Origin: a bacterium
GTDB lineage: Bacteria > Zhuqueibacterota > Zhuqueibacteria > Residuimicrobiales > Krinioviventaceae
Direction of reading: 5' to 3'
Length of the DNA: 64,000 nt
Assembly (NCBI GenBank): GCA_963674595.2
Contig: CAXXFV010000013.1
Coordinates: 21,261 to 85,260, forward strand
The position numbers and the translations under genes are program-made. Positions 31,701 through 41,730 of this stretch are shown here, in pieces (the first letter of the stretch is position 1; each line of letters starts with the position of its first letter). The notes below the pieces were generated by a model. That model saw nothing but the letters and a program-made list of their open reading frames with translations. It ran no database searches and had not been told where the DNA came from.

Positions 31701-33290
31701 ACTATCCAAAACCGATTGCAGCTCTTTTGATTGTTCTATAATGTCTTCTTCTGCTTTTTTGCGTTCGGTAATATCCACAGCCATACTATGCAGTATTCTT
31801 TTTCCTTTGGCGTTTTTTCCTATAGGCGTCGTTTTAAATTCCCAGATTCTTTTTGAACCATTCTTGGCCCGAACATTCCATTCGCAATTATTTACAGTTT
31901 TATCGATTTCAAAGAGTTTATCAATATAATTTTTTTTAGTACCTGAAGCTGATCCGTAGGCTTGTTTGGTCCAGGCAGATATAGTTGGAATGTCTTCAAT
32001 GGTATAACCCGAATAATCTGTCCAACCTTTACTTATTTGTAAAACATTACCATCCTCGTCATAGATCATAATAGGCACAGGCGAATCAGTAATAGCTCTT
32101 TTAAATTGTCTTTCACTTTCTTTCAAAGCCTCCTGGGCCAATTTTCTCTCGGTCGTGTCCGTTAACAGGTTGATGGTTGCCGGCTTGCCCTCCCATTGAA
32201 TTTTTGCTGACGTAATGAAAACCCACTTTATAATACCTCCTGCGCTCATAATCCTGAAATCATATGAATCAGGAAATTTTTCACCAGCGATGCGGCGCTG
32301 ATAGTTCGAAAATACAAATTCACGGTCTTCAGGCCATATATAATCAATAAAAGGTTTCCCCAAAAGTTCTTCAGCAGGAGCGCCTAAAAGCTCTGACATC
32401 TTTTTGTTTACAAATTTCAAGACTCCTTCCTGTGCAACAATAATTGCTTCATTTGCCGTATTGATAAGAGTACGGTACTTTTCTTCACTTTCTTCCAAAG
32501 TTTTTTCAGCCTGTTTGCGTTCTGTGATGTCTTCACCAGAACTTAATAAACCGGTTATATTGCCAAAATCATCAGTAACCAGAGTATTGAACCATTTTAC
32601 AATTCTCTTTTGGCCATCTTTTCTTACAATTTCATTTTCATGCGTCTCCTGACCCTCTGCTTTCCCATGAATTAATTTTTTAAAATACTCTTTTAACTCA
32701 TGTCTATTTTCTTCCGGTAAACATACCGAGAACCAATCCTTCCCATATAGCTCACCTTCTTTATAACCCAAAATATCGTGACCTTTTTTATTCAGTAACG
32801 TTATTTCGCCATTCCGGTTTAAAGCAAGAATCATACTTGCGACAATGTTTAAATAGTTATTAGCCACATTTTGTTGTTTAATAAGTGCTTCTTTAGCCAG
32901 TTTGTGTTTGGTAATATCTCTGCCGATACAATATATCGTCTTTTCTTTAATATCAGGTGTTGCAGTCCACTGAATATGCTTGATTGTACTGTCCTTACAA
33001 ACGATTCGAATTTCAAAATTTTTAGTAATTTCTCCCTTAATTAAACGAGCAACATGTTCTTCATTTTTGGTATGATCATCAGGATGTATAAATTCCTGAA
33101 AAGGTTTTGAGAGTAATTCTTTTTCAGTATATCCAAATAATTTTATACAGGCAGGATTTATGTATTTATAATGTCCATCCATTTCGGCAATGCAGATTAA
33201 ATCCGGTGATAGATCAAAAAATGAATCTTTCATTTCTTCAGATAGGTTTATGTTGCATCGATTTTTCGTTTTTTTCGTGTGATGCGGCAT
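28782..33290 (-). CDS. Cytoplasmic multi-PAS (10 PAS/PAC) HisKA_2 histidine kinase
   Basis: Ten PAC-terminal D(I/V/T)T..K/R motifs; RELYHRTKNNMQ H-box, NELISNSIKHAF, DNGIGF. Confidence 0.93.
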   Translation of the reverse strand: MPHHTKKTKNRCNINLSEEMKDSFFDLSPDLICIAEMDGHYKYINPACIKLFGYTEKELLSKPFQEFIHPDDHTKNEEHVARLIKGEITKNFEIRIVCKDSTIKHIQWTATPDIKEKTIYCIGRDITKHKLAKEALIKQQNVANNYLNIVASMILALNRNGEITLLNKKGHDILGYKEGELYGKDWFSVCLPEENRHELKEYFKKLIHGKAEGQETHENEIVRKDGQKRIVKWFNTLVTDDFGNITGLLSSGEDITERKQAEKTLEESEEKYRTLINTANEAIIVAQEGVLKFVNKKMSELLGAPAEELLGKPFIDYIWPEDREFVFSNYQRRIAGEKFPDSYDFRIMSAGGIIKWVFITSAKIQWEGKPATINLLTDTTERKLAQEALKESERQFKRAITDSPVPIMIYDEDGNVLQISKGWTDYSGYTIEDIPTISAWTKQAYGSASGTKKNYIDKLFEIDKTVNNCEWNVRAKNGSKRIWEFKTTPIGKNAKGKRILHSMAVDITERKKAEEDIIEQSKELQSVLDSMLNAFVIFDSVFDKNGKFVSYRFVYINEVFEKITGVKDDKVKGKTVHQVWPGTEQSWIEKYGHAAVTGETLIFDNYHGPTQKLYHCRAYRPWDTKDRFCVIFDDITEQKKAEEELIKAKERAENNEKELKKAQALAHIGSWYLDVATNQVTWSEELYRMYGFDPALPVPPYTEHMKLFTPESWDVLSSALEKTRKTGIAYELELVTVKKDGSKGWMWVRGEAIQNAEGKTTALWGAAQDITEKKQAEEKLLKNDALLTEVGNIANIGGWEMDLIHRTALWTKGTYDVVEIDYNHPVPGPDEHVEFYLPEYREMISKKMTDLIEHGIELDFEARAKTAKGNIRWFRAHGRRIMENDICIKIYGTLQDVTKEKQAEIALKTSEEKYRLIDNASVDYIHSYDRDSRFTHASPSLVKFFGLPVDQILGKTHRELNFPEEMCQEWDELHRMVYETNSTVISETSTPDRTGEIRHYDVILNPLHDADGTIVGIAGVTRDITDKRQAQVKLKESERLFRLLAENAKDMIYRMSIPDAIYEYISPASLDITGYSPNEFYKDPLLFRKMIHPDWEEYFKNECHKMIDGKLPPSCEYQIICKDGKEKWLNQRNTLRKDETGNPIAIEAVVTDITERKQMEKDLLINQNRYKKAQAMGHVGNWEYDPVTTKFWGSDEAKRIYGFELESPDFTTENVESCIPERDRVHQALIDLIEYEKKYDLVFDILTADKGIRKTIHSIAEVERDVQGNVKKVTGVVSDITERKIYEDKIKASLEEKEILLRELYHRTKNNMQIISSMLRLYATRESNEKINLIFKEIEGKIISMSLVHQMLYESKDLSHLNLNDYITKLLPLIKSSYLVSNNVRFFCECEDINILIDTAAPLGLVLNELISNSIKHAFPENREGMIKINISTSRQGELYIILSDNGIGFEDGFDIERDINLGLKTVFSLVENQLDGRIKVDNVNGLTWKIVIKEEQYKPRV

Positions 33291-34039
33291 GAGAACGACC
33301 TCATTAAAATATTTTTAGTTAAATATAGATGTATAATATAAGATAGTTTGTGGATAATTATGAAGCGAGCGTCTACATCAGTGGTGGTGAATAAATATAT
33401 CTTGCCAGATTATTCGGTTTTAAATCAATCTCCAGGTTTAAATTGATAATATATATATAATCCACTGCATATTTATATTGAGCATATTGTAAACATTACA
33501 ATTAAACTTAATATGTATCAAGATGTTAAAAAGGGGGATAAAGGCTGAGTATAATTAACTGCAATTACCAATCGTCCTAAAAAAAACATGAATGACCGTC
33601 TATCAAAAATACAAATTATTCATGGCTAGTGCAACTGGTATTTAGGTTTATTCAAGTTTTTAGAGATTATTAGCATTATTTTCAAGTACTATTTGAACAG
33701 TTTAACTCTAATATGATAGTTTATATTAGAAATGTATTCCCCGGCGGAACCCATAAAACCGGGATTATATCCCCAATGGAAATTAATTCTCCCGCTTCCA
33801 CTCGGGCCTTGAAAACAGCCGAAAGGCCGCTCCGGGTGTTACTCCCCGCTCGCAGGGGATTTGCAATCCACTGCGGAACCAATGAATTCGGGATTTTATC
33901 CCCGATGTAAGCAAATTTCCCCCTTTGGCTTTGTTCTGGGTAACACCGATTTAACTCCATCTACACTTCATCCCAGAGTCCGGAGATGCAGATATTTGCC
34001 ATGAAAAAATCACCAAAACGAGCAGAGAATGAAAAAACT

Positions 34040-36823
34040 CTATTTTTGTAAAATTAATTTCCTGGTCTCAATATAATTATCAGCTTTTAACCTGTACAAA
34101 TAAATTCCATTTGCCAGGCCGCCAGGTTGCCATTTTACATTGTATTCTCCTGCTGTATGATAACCATCAACTAATGTCTCTATGAGTTGACCGGAAAGAT
34201 TATAAATAGCAAGCTTGACATATGATGATGTTGGTAACTGAAAACTAATCGTTGTTTCAGGATTAAAGGGATTCGGGTAATTCTGTTTCAATCTAAAAGA
34301 CTTTATGTTTTCAATATCATTAGATTCACACGTTACATCCGAACTGGATGTAAAATAAGCCGTAACATCTTTATCCTGCGTCATCGTTATATTTTTAGGA
34401 TTTACGCTTCCGCTTATTCCACCCCAATAATCAAATGTAAAGCCTGAATTTGCGACTGCTTCTAATTGTACTGTTTCGTTATAACTAAAATTAGTCTTGT
34501 TTGGAGTTTTATTCACACTACCAGAACCTGATGGACTGGAAGAAAGTACAAGATTACAATAAGAAAGAGCAACAGATTTTGTGCCTGACCAGCCGGAAAC
34601 GATACCTGTGTGTGTTTGACATCGGGCGCGTGCTTTAACATATTTAGTGCCGGAGCTGCTAAAAGCGTGGCTTTTTGTTAAAGCGCCCCAGCTTGATTGC
34701 GATCCGTCACCCCAATCAAACTGATATTCAACCGTATGTCCCAAATTGCTGCTTGAGCCTCCGGTAGTGAATGCTAAACTTTGCCCAACCTTGCCGCTAG
34801 AAGGACCGCTTGGTTTATTTGGTGTGGAGACAGTCTCCTGACTCTGGTTTTGAGTAAAATTAGCCGTAACACTTTTATCACCGCTCATTGTCAACGTTTG
34901 TGGATTGGCACTGCCGCTTAACGCACCATCCCAAGTATTAAAGTAATAACCTGAAATCGGATTAGCAGTTAACTGAACTGTTTCATTATAAGTAAAATTG
35001 GTCTTGTCCGGATTTTTATTAACACTCCCTTTACCGGCAGGATTTATTGTAATTGAAAGAACACAGTAAGAGATGGCAACAGATTTTGTGCTTGACCAAC
35101 CGGATACTATACTTGTGTGTGTTTGACATCGGGCGCGTGCTTTAACATATTTAGTGCCTGTGCTACTAAATGTGTGGCTTTTTGTTGAAGCGCCCCAACT
35201 TGATTGTGATCCATCACCCCAATCAAACTGGTATTCAACATTGTGTCCTAAATTACTGTTTGAGCCTCCAGTACTGAATGATAAACTTTGCCCAACCTTG
35301 CCGCTAGAAGGACCGCTGGGCTGATTAGGTGTGGAGATGGTCTCCTGACTTTGGCTTTGAGTGAAATTGACCGTAACACTTTTATCACCGCTCATTGTCA
35401 ATGTTTGTGGATTGGAACTACCACTTAACGCACCATCCCAACTATTAAAGTAATAACCTGAAATTGCGCTGGCTGTTAACTGAACTGTTTCGTTATAAGT
35501 AAAATTGGTCTTGTCTGGATTTTTATTAACACTTCCTTTGCCGGCAGGATTTATTGTAATTGAAAGAATACAGTAAGAGATGGCAACAGATTTTGTGCTT
35601 GACCAACTGGAAACAATACTCGTATGTGTTTGACATCGGGCGCGTGCTTTAACATATTTAGTGCCTGTGCTGCTAAAAGTGTGGCTTTTTGTTAAAGCGC
35701 CCCAACTTGATTGTGATCCATCACCCCAATCAAACTGGTATTCAACATTGTGACCTAAATTACTGTTTGAGCCTCCGGTAGTAAAAGATAAACTTTGTCC
35801 TGCTTTACCGCTTGAAGGACCGCTGGGTTGATTGGGTGTGGATACTGTCTCTTCTGTTTGAGGTTCTGTTACAGTTATATAATTTGTTTTTGTTACTTCA
35901 TCTCTTTGACTCACAGAAATTGCATTCAAAGTAACATTATAAGTACCTGGTGTACTATAAGTATGTAAGGGATTTTGTGTACTGCTGGTTGCTCCATCTC
36001 CGAACGACCAGTTCCAATCTCTTGGATCACCCACAGTTAAATCTGTAAAATTTACAGATAAAGGGGCAGAACCTGTCCTTGGAGATGCTGAAAAATCGAT
36101 ATTATGCGTTATAGGACCTTCAAAACTACCGGAACTTGGAAAAAATAAATCATGCCATGTACCATCATTATAAGTACATTGAAAACGAAATGTGTTGGTG
36201 CCAAACATGAGATAGCTGCCATTAACTGTTTGATAATACTCTTTTCCTGTTCGAATATCACCAGATCCTTCATTCATTATCATAGTGTTTGATCTACTGG
36301 TACCAGAGTTTATACACACATAAACACTAGAGGGTTCGTCTCCTTCAGTGTCGGTGCAAATAACACTATATCTATAGGTATCCTCATTAAGCTTTCCCCC
36401 GGATTGAGGCGTCACCTGACCATTTGACAAAGCCGGAGGTTGATTTTCAGGTTCTTCAGATGCAATTATTACAATATCAAAAACTTTTTCTATTTTTAGT
36501 TCGTGATCAGAATTATAAAACCGATAAGTAACAGTCCCGGTAAACGTTGTACCATTAGCGACAGAACCGGCAACCGATATGTCAAATCGGGCATATACAG
36601 CATAACCATTACTTATAAGATCATCATGAGTGACATTAATAGTGCCTGGAAACGAATCATTTATTTCATAAAATGGATAAGCGAGAACAGAGGTCGATCC
36701 TACATTTTTATTTAAACTCTTCGTTTCTCCAGGTGGGATATAAATCGTTGTTTGCGCCAGCACCAGTTCTGACATCAAAATCAAACCCGAAACCAAATAA
36801 AACAACATGCTTTTACAATTCAT
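34040..36823 (-). CDS. Secreted PKD / InlB B-repeat-like surface protein with C-terminal sorting domain
   Basis: WSFGDG and FDWGDG PKD motifs, three tandem PKD plus B-repeat units, QNYPNPFNPET C-terminal domain. Confidence 0.88.
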   Translation of the reverse strand: MNCKSMLFYLVSGLILMSELVLAQTTIYIPPGETKSLNKNVGSTSVLAYPFYEINDSFPGTINVTHDDLISNGYAVYARFDISVAGSVANGTTFTGTVTYRFYNSDHELKIEKVFDIVIIASEEPENQPPALSNGQVTPQSGGKLNEDTYRYSVICTDTEGDEPSSVYVCINSGTSRSNTMIMNEGSGDIRTGKEYYQTVNGSYLMFGTNTFRFQCTYNDGTWHDLFFPSSGSFEGPITHNIDFSASPRTGSAPLSVNFTDLTVGDPRDWNWSFGDGATSSTQNPLHTYSTPGTYNVTLNAISVSQRDEVTKTNYITVTEPQTEETVSTPNQPSGPSSGKAGQSLSFTTGGSNSNLGHNVEYQFDWGDGSQSSWGALTKSHTFSSTGTKYVKARARCQTHTSIVSSWSSTKSVAISYCILSITINPAGKGSVNKNPDKTNFTYNETVQLTASAISGYYFNSWDGALSGSSNPQTLTMSGDKSVTVNFTQSQSQETISTPNQPSGPSSGKVGQSLSFSTGGSNSNLGHNVEYQFDWGDGSQSSWGASTKSHTFSSTGTKYVKARARCQTHTSIVSGWSSTKSVAISYCVLSITINPAGKGSVNKNPDKTNFTYNETVQLTANPISGYYFNTWDGALSGSANPQTLTMSGDKSVTANFTQNQSQETVSTPNKPSGPSSGKVGQSLAFTTGGSSSNLGHTVEYQFDWGDGSQSSWGALTKSHAFSSSGTKYVKARARCQTHTGIVSGWSGTKSVALSYCNLVLSSSPSGSGSVNKTPNKTNFSYNETVQLEAVANSGFTFDYWGGISGSVNPKNITMTQDKDVTAYFTSSSDVTCESNDIENIKSFRLKQNYPNPFNPETTISFQLPTSSYVKLAIYNLSGQLIETLVDGYHTAGEYNVKWQPGGLANGIYLYRLKADNYIETRKLILQK
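34345..35851 (-). repeat. Intragenic tandem repeat, 3 x 507 bp
   Basis: ET(V/I)STPN units at 35851, 35344 and 34837, visibly similar at DNA level. Confidence 0.92.
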
Positions 36824-37044
36824 TTCTAGTCCTCTTGGATTTAATTATTAACCTATGTTAATATGAAAAAACAAATAAATAGTTATAATAAAAAATTAAT
36901 TTAAAATTTAATTCAATATAAAAAAAGGGACATACAAATCAATTATGTTTTCTATAATAAAAACCGGCTAATTGTTTCACACAAAATGTTTGATTTTTCA
37001 AAAAAATAGTTTAGTACTTTGCTTTTGGAATTTTTTTTTAAGGT

Positions 37045-37110
37045 GGTAAATCAGCTAAAGGTTGTCAGGAGTTCCCAAACTTATTCCTAATAACAAACTT
37101 AAAGTCTGAC
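37045..37110 (-). ncRNA. Candidate structured leader RNA (motif G), copy 3, divergent loop
   Basis: GTCAG..AAG.TTGTT..AGGA..TCCT.GACAA.CCTT..CTGATTTACC after TTGCCT -35 (37145-37140). Confidence 0.5.
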
Positions 37111-37352
37111 AAAGTAATATAACAAATTTAATAAAAGCAAGGCAAGGGATTTATATAAAATATTGAAAATAAAAAAACAGCCGATATAAACAGGGGTTTA
37201 TTTTCCCGCTCGCAGGTGCTTAAAAATCCCCCTGCGCAACCAATGAATTCGGGATTTTATCCCCAATGGGAACAAATCCCCCCTTGGCTCCGCTCCGAGT
37301 GACACGGCTCGTTTTAACCTCTCACAATGTTCACAAAGCTCACAAAGAAACA

Positions 37353-37478
37353 GTTGTAGGCTGGGCCAAAATGGCCCGGCATTGAATTGATACTTTTATT
37401 AATTTTGTAATATTTGTATAAATATTTTCTTTCCGTTTATCTTATTGCCGGGTTCCACAAGGGAACCCGGCCTACAAC
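37353..37478 (+). repeat. REPIN-like doublet (GTAG-hairpin...hairpin-CTAC), about 126 bp
   Basis: Close match to the reverse complement of 46643-46773. Confidence 0.85.
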
Positions 37479-37621
37479 TCAGGGCAACACCCGTTTTAAT
37501 TTCGTTTCCCTGTCATCCCGAACGGAGTCGAGGACTCTAAGAGACCTGTCTCCGTATCTTCCTTCGATTTACTCAGGGAAAACGAAAGGTTGTGTTCGTC
37601 ATTTTGAATCCAGCATTTTCA

Positions 37622-38431
37622 CTAAAAAATTCCCTTTGTATGAAGCGCATTAATCACCATAAACAAAGCTGCCAACCAATTCGTATAAGCAAATAGTTTT
37701 TTAAGATGTTTAGGCTTTGTTATCAACGCAAATTTTCCGCCCAACAATCCACCCATAACTGTAACAAATGCTAACGGAACAGCCCATAAAGGGTTAAAAT
37801 CTCCCTGGATAGCATGCCCCGCAAAACCCATAAACGCAGTTGCCGCTATAAGTGTTGATGCTGTTCCGACGGCTGTGTGCATCGGCACCCCACAAGCCAA
37901 AACCATTAACGGAACCAGGAAAGAACCTCCTGAAACGCCAACCATCCCGGAACCAAAACCTGTTAAAACAGTGACCGGTAAAGCGATCCATAAATTTACA
38001 TTATAAATTTCATTGCCGGATTTTATACTTATAATTCCTAAATGTTTATTTTTTGAGATGGTCTGATTCTCTGAAACAGGAACCAGCATTACTATTCCGG
38101 CTATTAACAACATTACGGCAAAAATCAGCTTTAATGAAAATCCGCTGAACAAATGAGAAAAATATCCTCCCCCAAGTGCTGACAAGGCCGTAAATGTGCC
38201 GATCAGCACAGCCAACACCCATGATACGGACTTGTTTTTTTGAAAAACAATCATGGCTGCCACAGAAGCCGAAAAAAGAATAAACTGACCGGTTGTCGCT
38301 GCTTCGTGCATTGGAATATTGGCAATTGCCAAAATTACAACATAAAAATTCCCTCCGCCCTTACCAACCATTGTCATGGCAACAGCAACAATAAAAATGA
38401 GAAAGCTAACTATAACAAGATTTATCATCAA
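37622..38431 (-). CDS. Sulfite exporter TauE/SafE family protein
   Basis: GKGGG and GVSGGSFLVP motifs, AVGTAS, about 8 TM helices. Confidence 0.9.
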   Translation of the reverse strand: MMINLVIVSFLIFIVAVAMTMVGKGGGNFYVVILAIANIPMHEAATTGQFILFSASVAAMIVFQKNKSVSWVLAVLIGTFTALSALGGGYFSHLFSGFSLKLIFAVMLLIAGIVMLVPVSENQTISKNKHLGIISIKSGNEIYNVNLWIALPVTVLTGFGSGMVGVSGGSFLVPLMVLACGVPMHTAVGTASTLIAATAFMGFAGHAIQGDFNPLWAVPLAFVTVMGGLLGGKFALITKPKHLKKLFAYTNWLAALFMVINALHTKGIF

Positions 38432-38442
38432 ATAATCCCTCT

Positions 38443-38835
38443 TTAGTTTTTGCCTTTAATGACATTGAGAACCTTTCCCGGCTTTAAAGCTTCTGTCAGA
38501 GCAGAATATCCGCCGTCAACAATGCGTATTTCCGGGAATCCTAATGATAGCAAATAGGCATAGACAATGGATGATCTGACATTAGAGGGACAAAATACAC
38601 CTATAAATTTTGTTTTTGATATCTCATCAATTCTGTCAGGAATTTCGTTGATCGGTATATTCAAAGATTCCACATGAGCGTGATGCTCCAATTTTATAGA
38701 GATGGAATCGGATTCTTCTTTTGATCGAACATCCAATAAAAGACATTTCTCCATATCAAAAAACTTTTCCGGTGATATTTTATGTTTTCCGTTTCCAAAA
38801 TAATCTAATGTAAAACTTTTAAGAACATTTTCCAT
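38443..38835 (-). CDS. Rhodanese-like domain protein
   Basis: LLDVRSKEE, LNIP, active-site loop FCPSNVRS, DGGY. Confidence 0.9.
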   Translation of the reverse strand: MENVLKSFTLDYFGNGKHKISPEKFFDMEKCLLLDVRSKEESDSISIKLEHHAHVESLNIPINEIPDRIDEISKTKFIGVFCPSNVRSSIVYAYLLSLGFPEIRIVDGGYSALTEALKPGKVLNVIKGKN

Positions 38836-39026
38836 TTCACTCTCCTTTATAATATGGGTATAACGTTATTTCAATACATTTCTTTACCCATATTCGCAGT
38901 GGACATATATAGTTTTAGAGTGCCGTCTTTCGGCATCGTTTAGATGATTTTTTCTTAATCCTCATGCAATGGTGCGGTAGAACCGCTCCCCACAGATGAA
39001 AACAATTCTCAATATCTTGTAAAATA

Positions 39027-39055
39027 ATGATACAGATTAAATAAAATCAAGGCAA
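39027..39055 (-). promoter_or_regulatory. Repeated sigma70-type promoter module without the leader hairpin
   Basis: TTGCCT-N17-TATCAT, near-identical to the promoter at 13851-13879. Confidence 0.65.
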
Positions 39056-39232
39056 GGAATTTATAAAAACACTGGAAATATTTTCGAGGGCGTAAAAAAA
39101 AACAGGACATCTGCCCTGCTATAATAATTATCCCCAATGGAAATAAATTCTTCCCCATCAGCTTTGCTCAGGGTGGCACCCGTTCGAAATCGCGGACGCT
39201 GAGCAAAGTCGAAGCGGGAGCGTTGTCAAGCT

Positions 39233-39325
39233 GTGATCGTCCAGGGGTTCTCTACCCCTGGACGCATTAACAAAAGGGCTTGGCCCTTTTATATAAAACA
39301 TTCTTTATTTATTGTTGTAATGTGC
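39233..39325 (+). repeat. Repeat module F: GATCGTCCAGGGGTTC..TACCCCTG...AACAAAAGGGCTTGGCCCTTTTATATAAAACATTC.TTATTTAT
   Basis: Copies at about 998, 7705, 23352, 25035, 26843, 39233, 42121, 44459, 60079, 62540. Confidence 0.85.
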
Positions 39326-39466
39326 CGCTCGCAGGAGATATACATTCCCCTGCGGAACCAATGAAATCAGGATTTCATCCCCAGCAAAACATCCGCACGA
39401 TCAATTGATATGTGCAGGGATTAAATTTTTAATCCCTGCATGGTTTGATCGTTATAATAAATCACT

Positions 39467-40615
39467 CTATTTTATTTCAAGAGAGCCTTCCATGCCCTCC
39501 ACTTGCTCCAAATCGTCCTTGTCGATTTTATCCATATATTTTTTCAATGGACTGCCGTTATCAATCTGTTTGGCGACCCACAGAAAAGAATTGGCGTTTT
39601 CTTTACCCAAACTTTTATAAACCAGATAAGCCTGAACATATCCCTCGCCAATGTCCTGCAAATCATTCGAACTCAGGCTACCGGGCCTGCCGTCCAGACC
39701 GGGAATTTGAATATCAGTTCCGGTAACCATTTCATCCGGATTGCCGATATTCTCATTGTTCGCACGATAAATATTGGGCCACAAGTTGCCCGCAGCGTAA
39801 TACTCTTCCGACAACAGCCACAAACTCTGTCCGGGGGCAATGCTATGCTGTGCAGCAGGAATTCCCTTGCTGGCAGCCGGCGCTTTTTTGACAACAGGTG
39901 TGGCCGGCTGTTGTGGGGTCTCCCCGGCAGCCTGTTGTTCGGCAGCCTGCGGGGTGGTAACAGGTTCTTCCTCGGCAGCTTGTTGTTCATCAGCCTGCGG
40001 GGTGACAACAGGTTCTGACGCTGCAGCCGGTTCCTGCTGACCGGCAGTTTGCGGGGGCGTAAGGGATTCATCCTGAGCGATATTTGATCCGGAAGACGGC
40101 CACAAAAAATAGATGAGCAGCACAACAATTAAAAGTAAAGCCAAAATCCACAGCCAGCCAAGGTTACGCTTTTTTTCTTTGGGAGCAGCCTGAAACGCCG
40201 GTTCTGTTTCCGCTTTAAAAATTGGGGCAGGTTCGGGTGCAGGGGCTGTATCAGGTTCTGTTTCTTTTACCGGTTCAACCGGGGCTGCCGGTTTTTCTTT
40301 AAGGAGTGTTGCCTTTAGGTGCGCATATTTGCGGTTTATAAATGTTCGCAAATCCAGCTCAGGTTTATAATGCACGGCGCTATGGGCGGCAACGACTATC
40401 TCTTCACCGGTCTGCGGATTACGTCCGTTTCGGGCCTCGTGCCATTTTAAATGAAAACGCCCCAATCCTTTATAAATCATCAATCCATCTCTGTCCAGTC
40501 CTTCTTTAGCCAGTTGGGCAGATTCAAGCAAAAGGTCGTGAACCAGTTGCCTGGAAGCGCCTGTTTCCGCTGCAACTTTATCAACCAGTTCGGTGAAATT
40601 AAGTTTATTTTCCAT
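39467..40615 (-). CDS. HU/IHF-family domain, TM helix, Pro/Ala/Glu-rich linker and LysM-like domain fusion
   Basis: N-terminal GLGRF...ARNGRNPQTGEEI...YKP HU motif; WLWILALLLIVVLLIYFLW TM helix; HSIAPGQSLWLLSEEYY...WPNIYRAN...IQIP LysM pattern. Confidence 0.85.
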   Translation of the reverse strand: MENKLNFTELVDKVAAETGASRQLVHDLLLESAQLAKEGLDRDGLMIYKGLGRFHLKWHEARNGRNPQTGEEIVVAAHSAVHYKPELDLRTFINRKYAHLKATLLKEKPAAPVEPVKETEPDTAPAPEPAPIFKAETEPAFQAAPKEKKRNLGWLWILALLLIVVLLIYFLWPSSGSNIAQDESLTPPQTAGQQEPAAASEPVVTPQADEQQAAEEEPVTTPQAAEQQAAGETPQQPATPVVKKAPAASKGIPAAQHSIAPGQSLWLLSEEYYAAGNLWPNIYRANNENIGNPDEMVTGTDIQIPGLDGRPGSLSSNDLQDIGEGYVQAYLVYKSLGKENANSFLWVAKQIDNGSPLKKYMDKIDKDDLEQVEGMEGSLEIK

Positions 40616-40616
40616 G

Positions 40617-40901
40617 TTATAACCTCCTGTTCTTCAAGGCTTCCTTGAGGGAGGCGCTTGCACGGAACTTGACAACCCGTTTTAGCGGCAGCAGCATAAA
40701 ACATTTTTGCTGTGGATTATAGGATTTGCGTTTTTTCTTCAAAACCACTCTGAATAAACCCAGTCCCGGAATTGTAATAATCATATCTTTATCAAGATAT
40801 TCCATTATAATCCGGGCGCTGCTTTCCAAAATGTGTTTTATTTCAGTCTGTGGTATTCCAAGTCGTGTGGATAGACTCTTTTGCAGCTCAGAATTGGTCA
40901 T
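40617..40901 (-). CDS. HU family DNA-binding protein
   Basis: ITIPGLGLF...RKSYNPQ...KRVVKFRASASLKE; stop lies 1 nt before the next ATG. Confidence 0.88.
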   Translation of the reverse strand: MTNSELQKSLSTRLGIPQTEIKHILESSARIIMEYLDKDMIITIPGLGLFRVVLKKKRKSYNPQQKCFMLLPLKRVVKFRASASLKEALKNRRL

Positions 40902-41015
40902 TACAGCCTCCTTGTATTTTTGGTCGTCCCTCCTGTATCAAATAGTCCTTAATTATGGTTACATTTTTCAACGCACACCGGCCGGAACCGCTGAGCAATC
41001 AAGAATTTCATCAAT

Positions 41016-41567
41016 CTACCATTTTGGAGCCGATGAAAGCGAAAACCAGGATTCCTTATATTTATAAAGTTTTTCCATTGTAACAGGATGTTTTTTTGCC
41101 TGTCTTTTAACGAAATATAAATAATTCTCTTCTTTATCTATGATGATTGAATCACCATATGCAATTCCATATTCTTCCAGAATTGGTCTTCCTGTATTTA
41201 CAGGGTAAAATATTTCGGTAGTAAGAACGCTGTCATTATCAAGTTTATAATAACCAATTAAACCACCATCTGTATAATTTAAATCCTCATTTGTTAATGA
41301 ATCACTAAATAGATCACTACGGTAAACTCGTCCATTTCCCCAAAATCTATAAAAATAAAATTGAGTAGTATCAGTACCATATAATTTAGACATGTAGACA
41401 GCATTTGTATCAATATATGTCGTCGTAGATAACTGGAATGGATAATTTATAAGTTCAAATTCCGGTTTAATTGGTCGATAACCGCCACCCGGCGTTTGAT
41501 AAGCAATAGGTGAACATGATATAAATAATAATGCTATAAATACTAATTTTAAAAATAGTGATTTCAT
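41016..41567 (-). CDS. Hypothetical lipoprotein
   Basis: LFISC lipobox; FYRFWGNG...GYYKLDNDSV pattern loosely shared with 49541..50227. Confidence 0.7.
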   Translation of the reverse strand: MKSLFLKLVFIALLFISCSPIAYQTPGGGYRPIKPEFELINYPFQLSTTTYIDTNAVYMSKLYGTDTTQFYFYRFWGNGRVYRSDLFSDSLTNEDLNYTDGGLIGYYKLDNDSVLTTEIFYPVNTGRPILEEYGIAYGDSIIIDKEENYLYFVKRQAKKHPVTMEKLYKYKESWFSLSSAPKW

Positions 41568-41730
41568 CTTTATTCGACCTGGTTATAATTTAACGGCGCC
41601 ATCCATTATATATTTTAAATGGTAATCATAGCGGTACTCCCGAACCGGCACCATATTAATATAAACAAACCACACCCCATCCAATAATAATGACCGTGAA
41701 ATAACAGGAATGTGATTTTGTGAGCAACGC

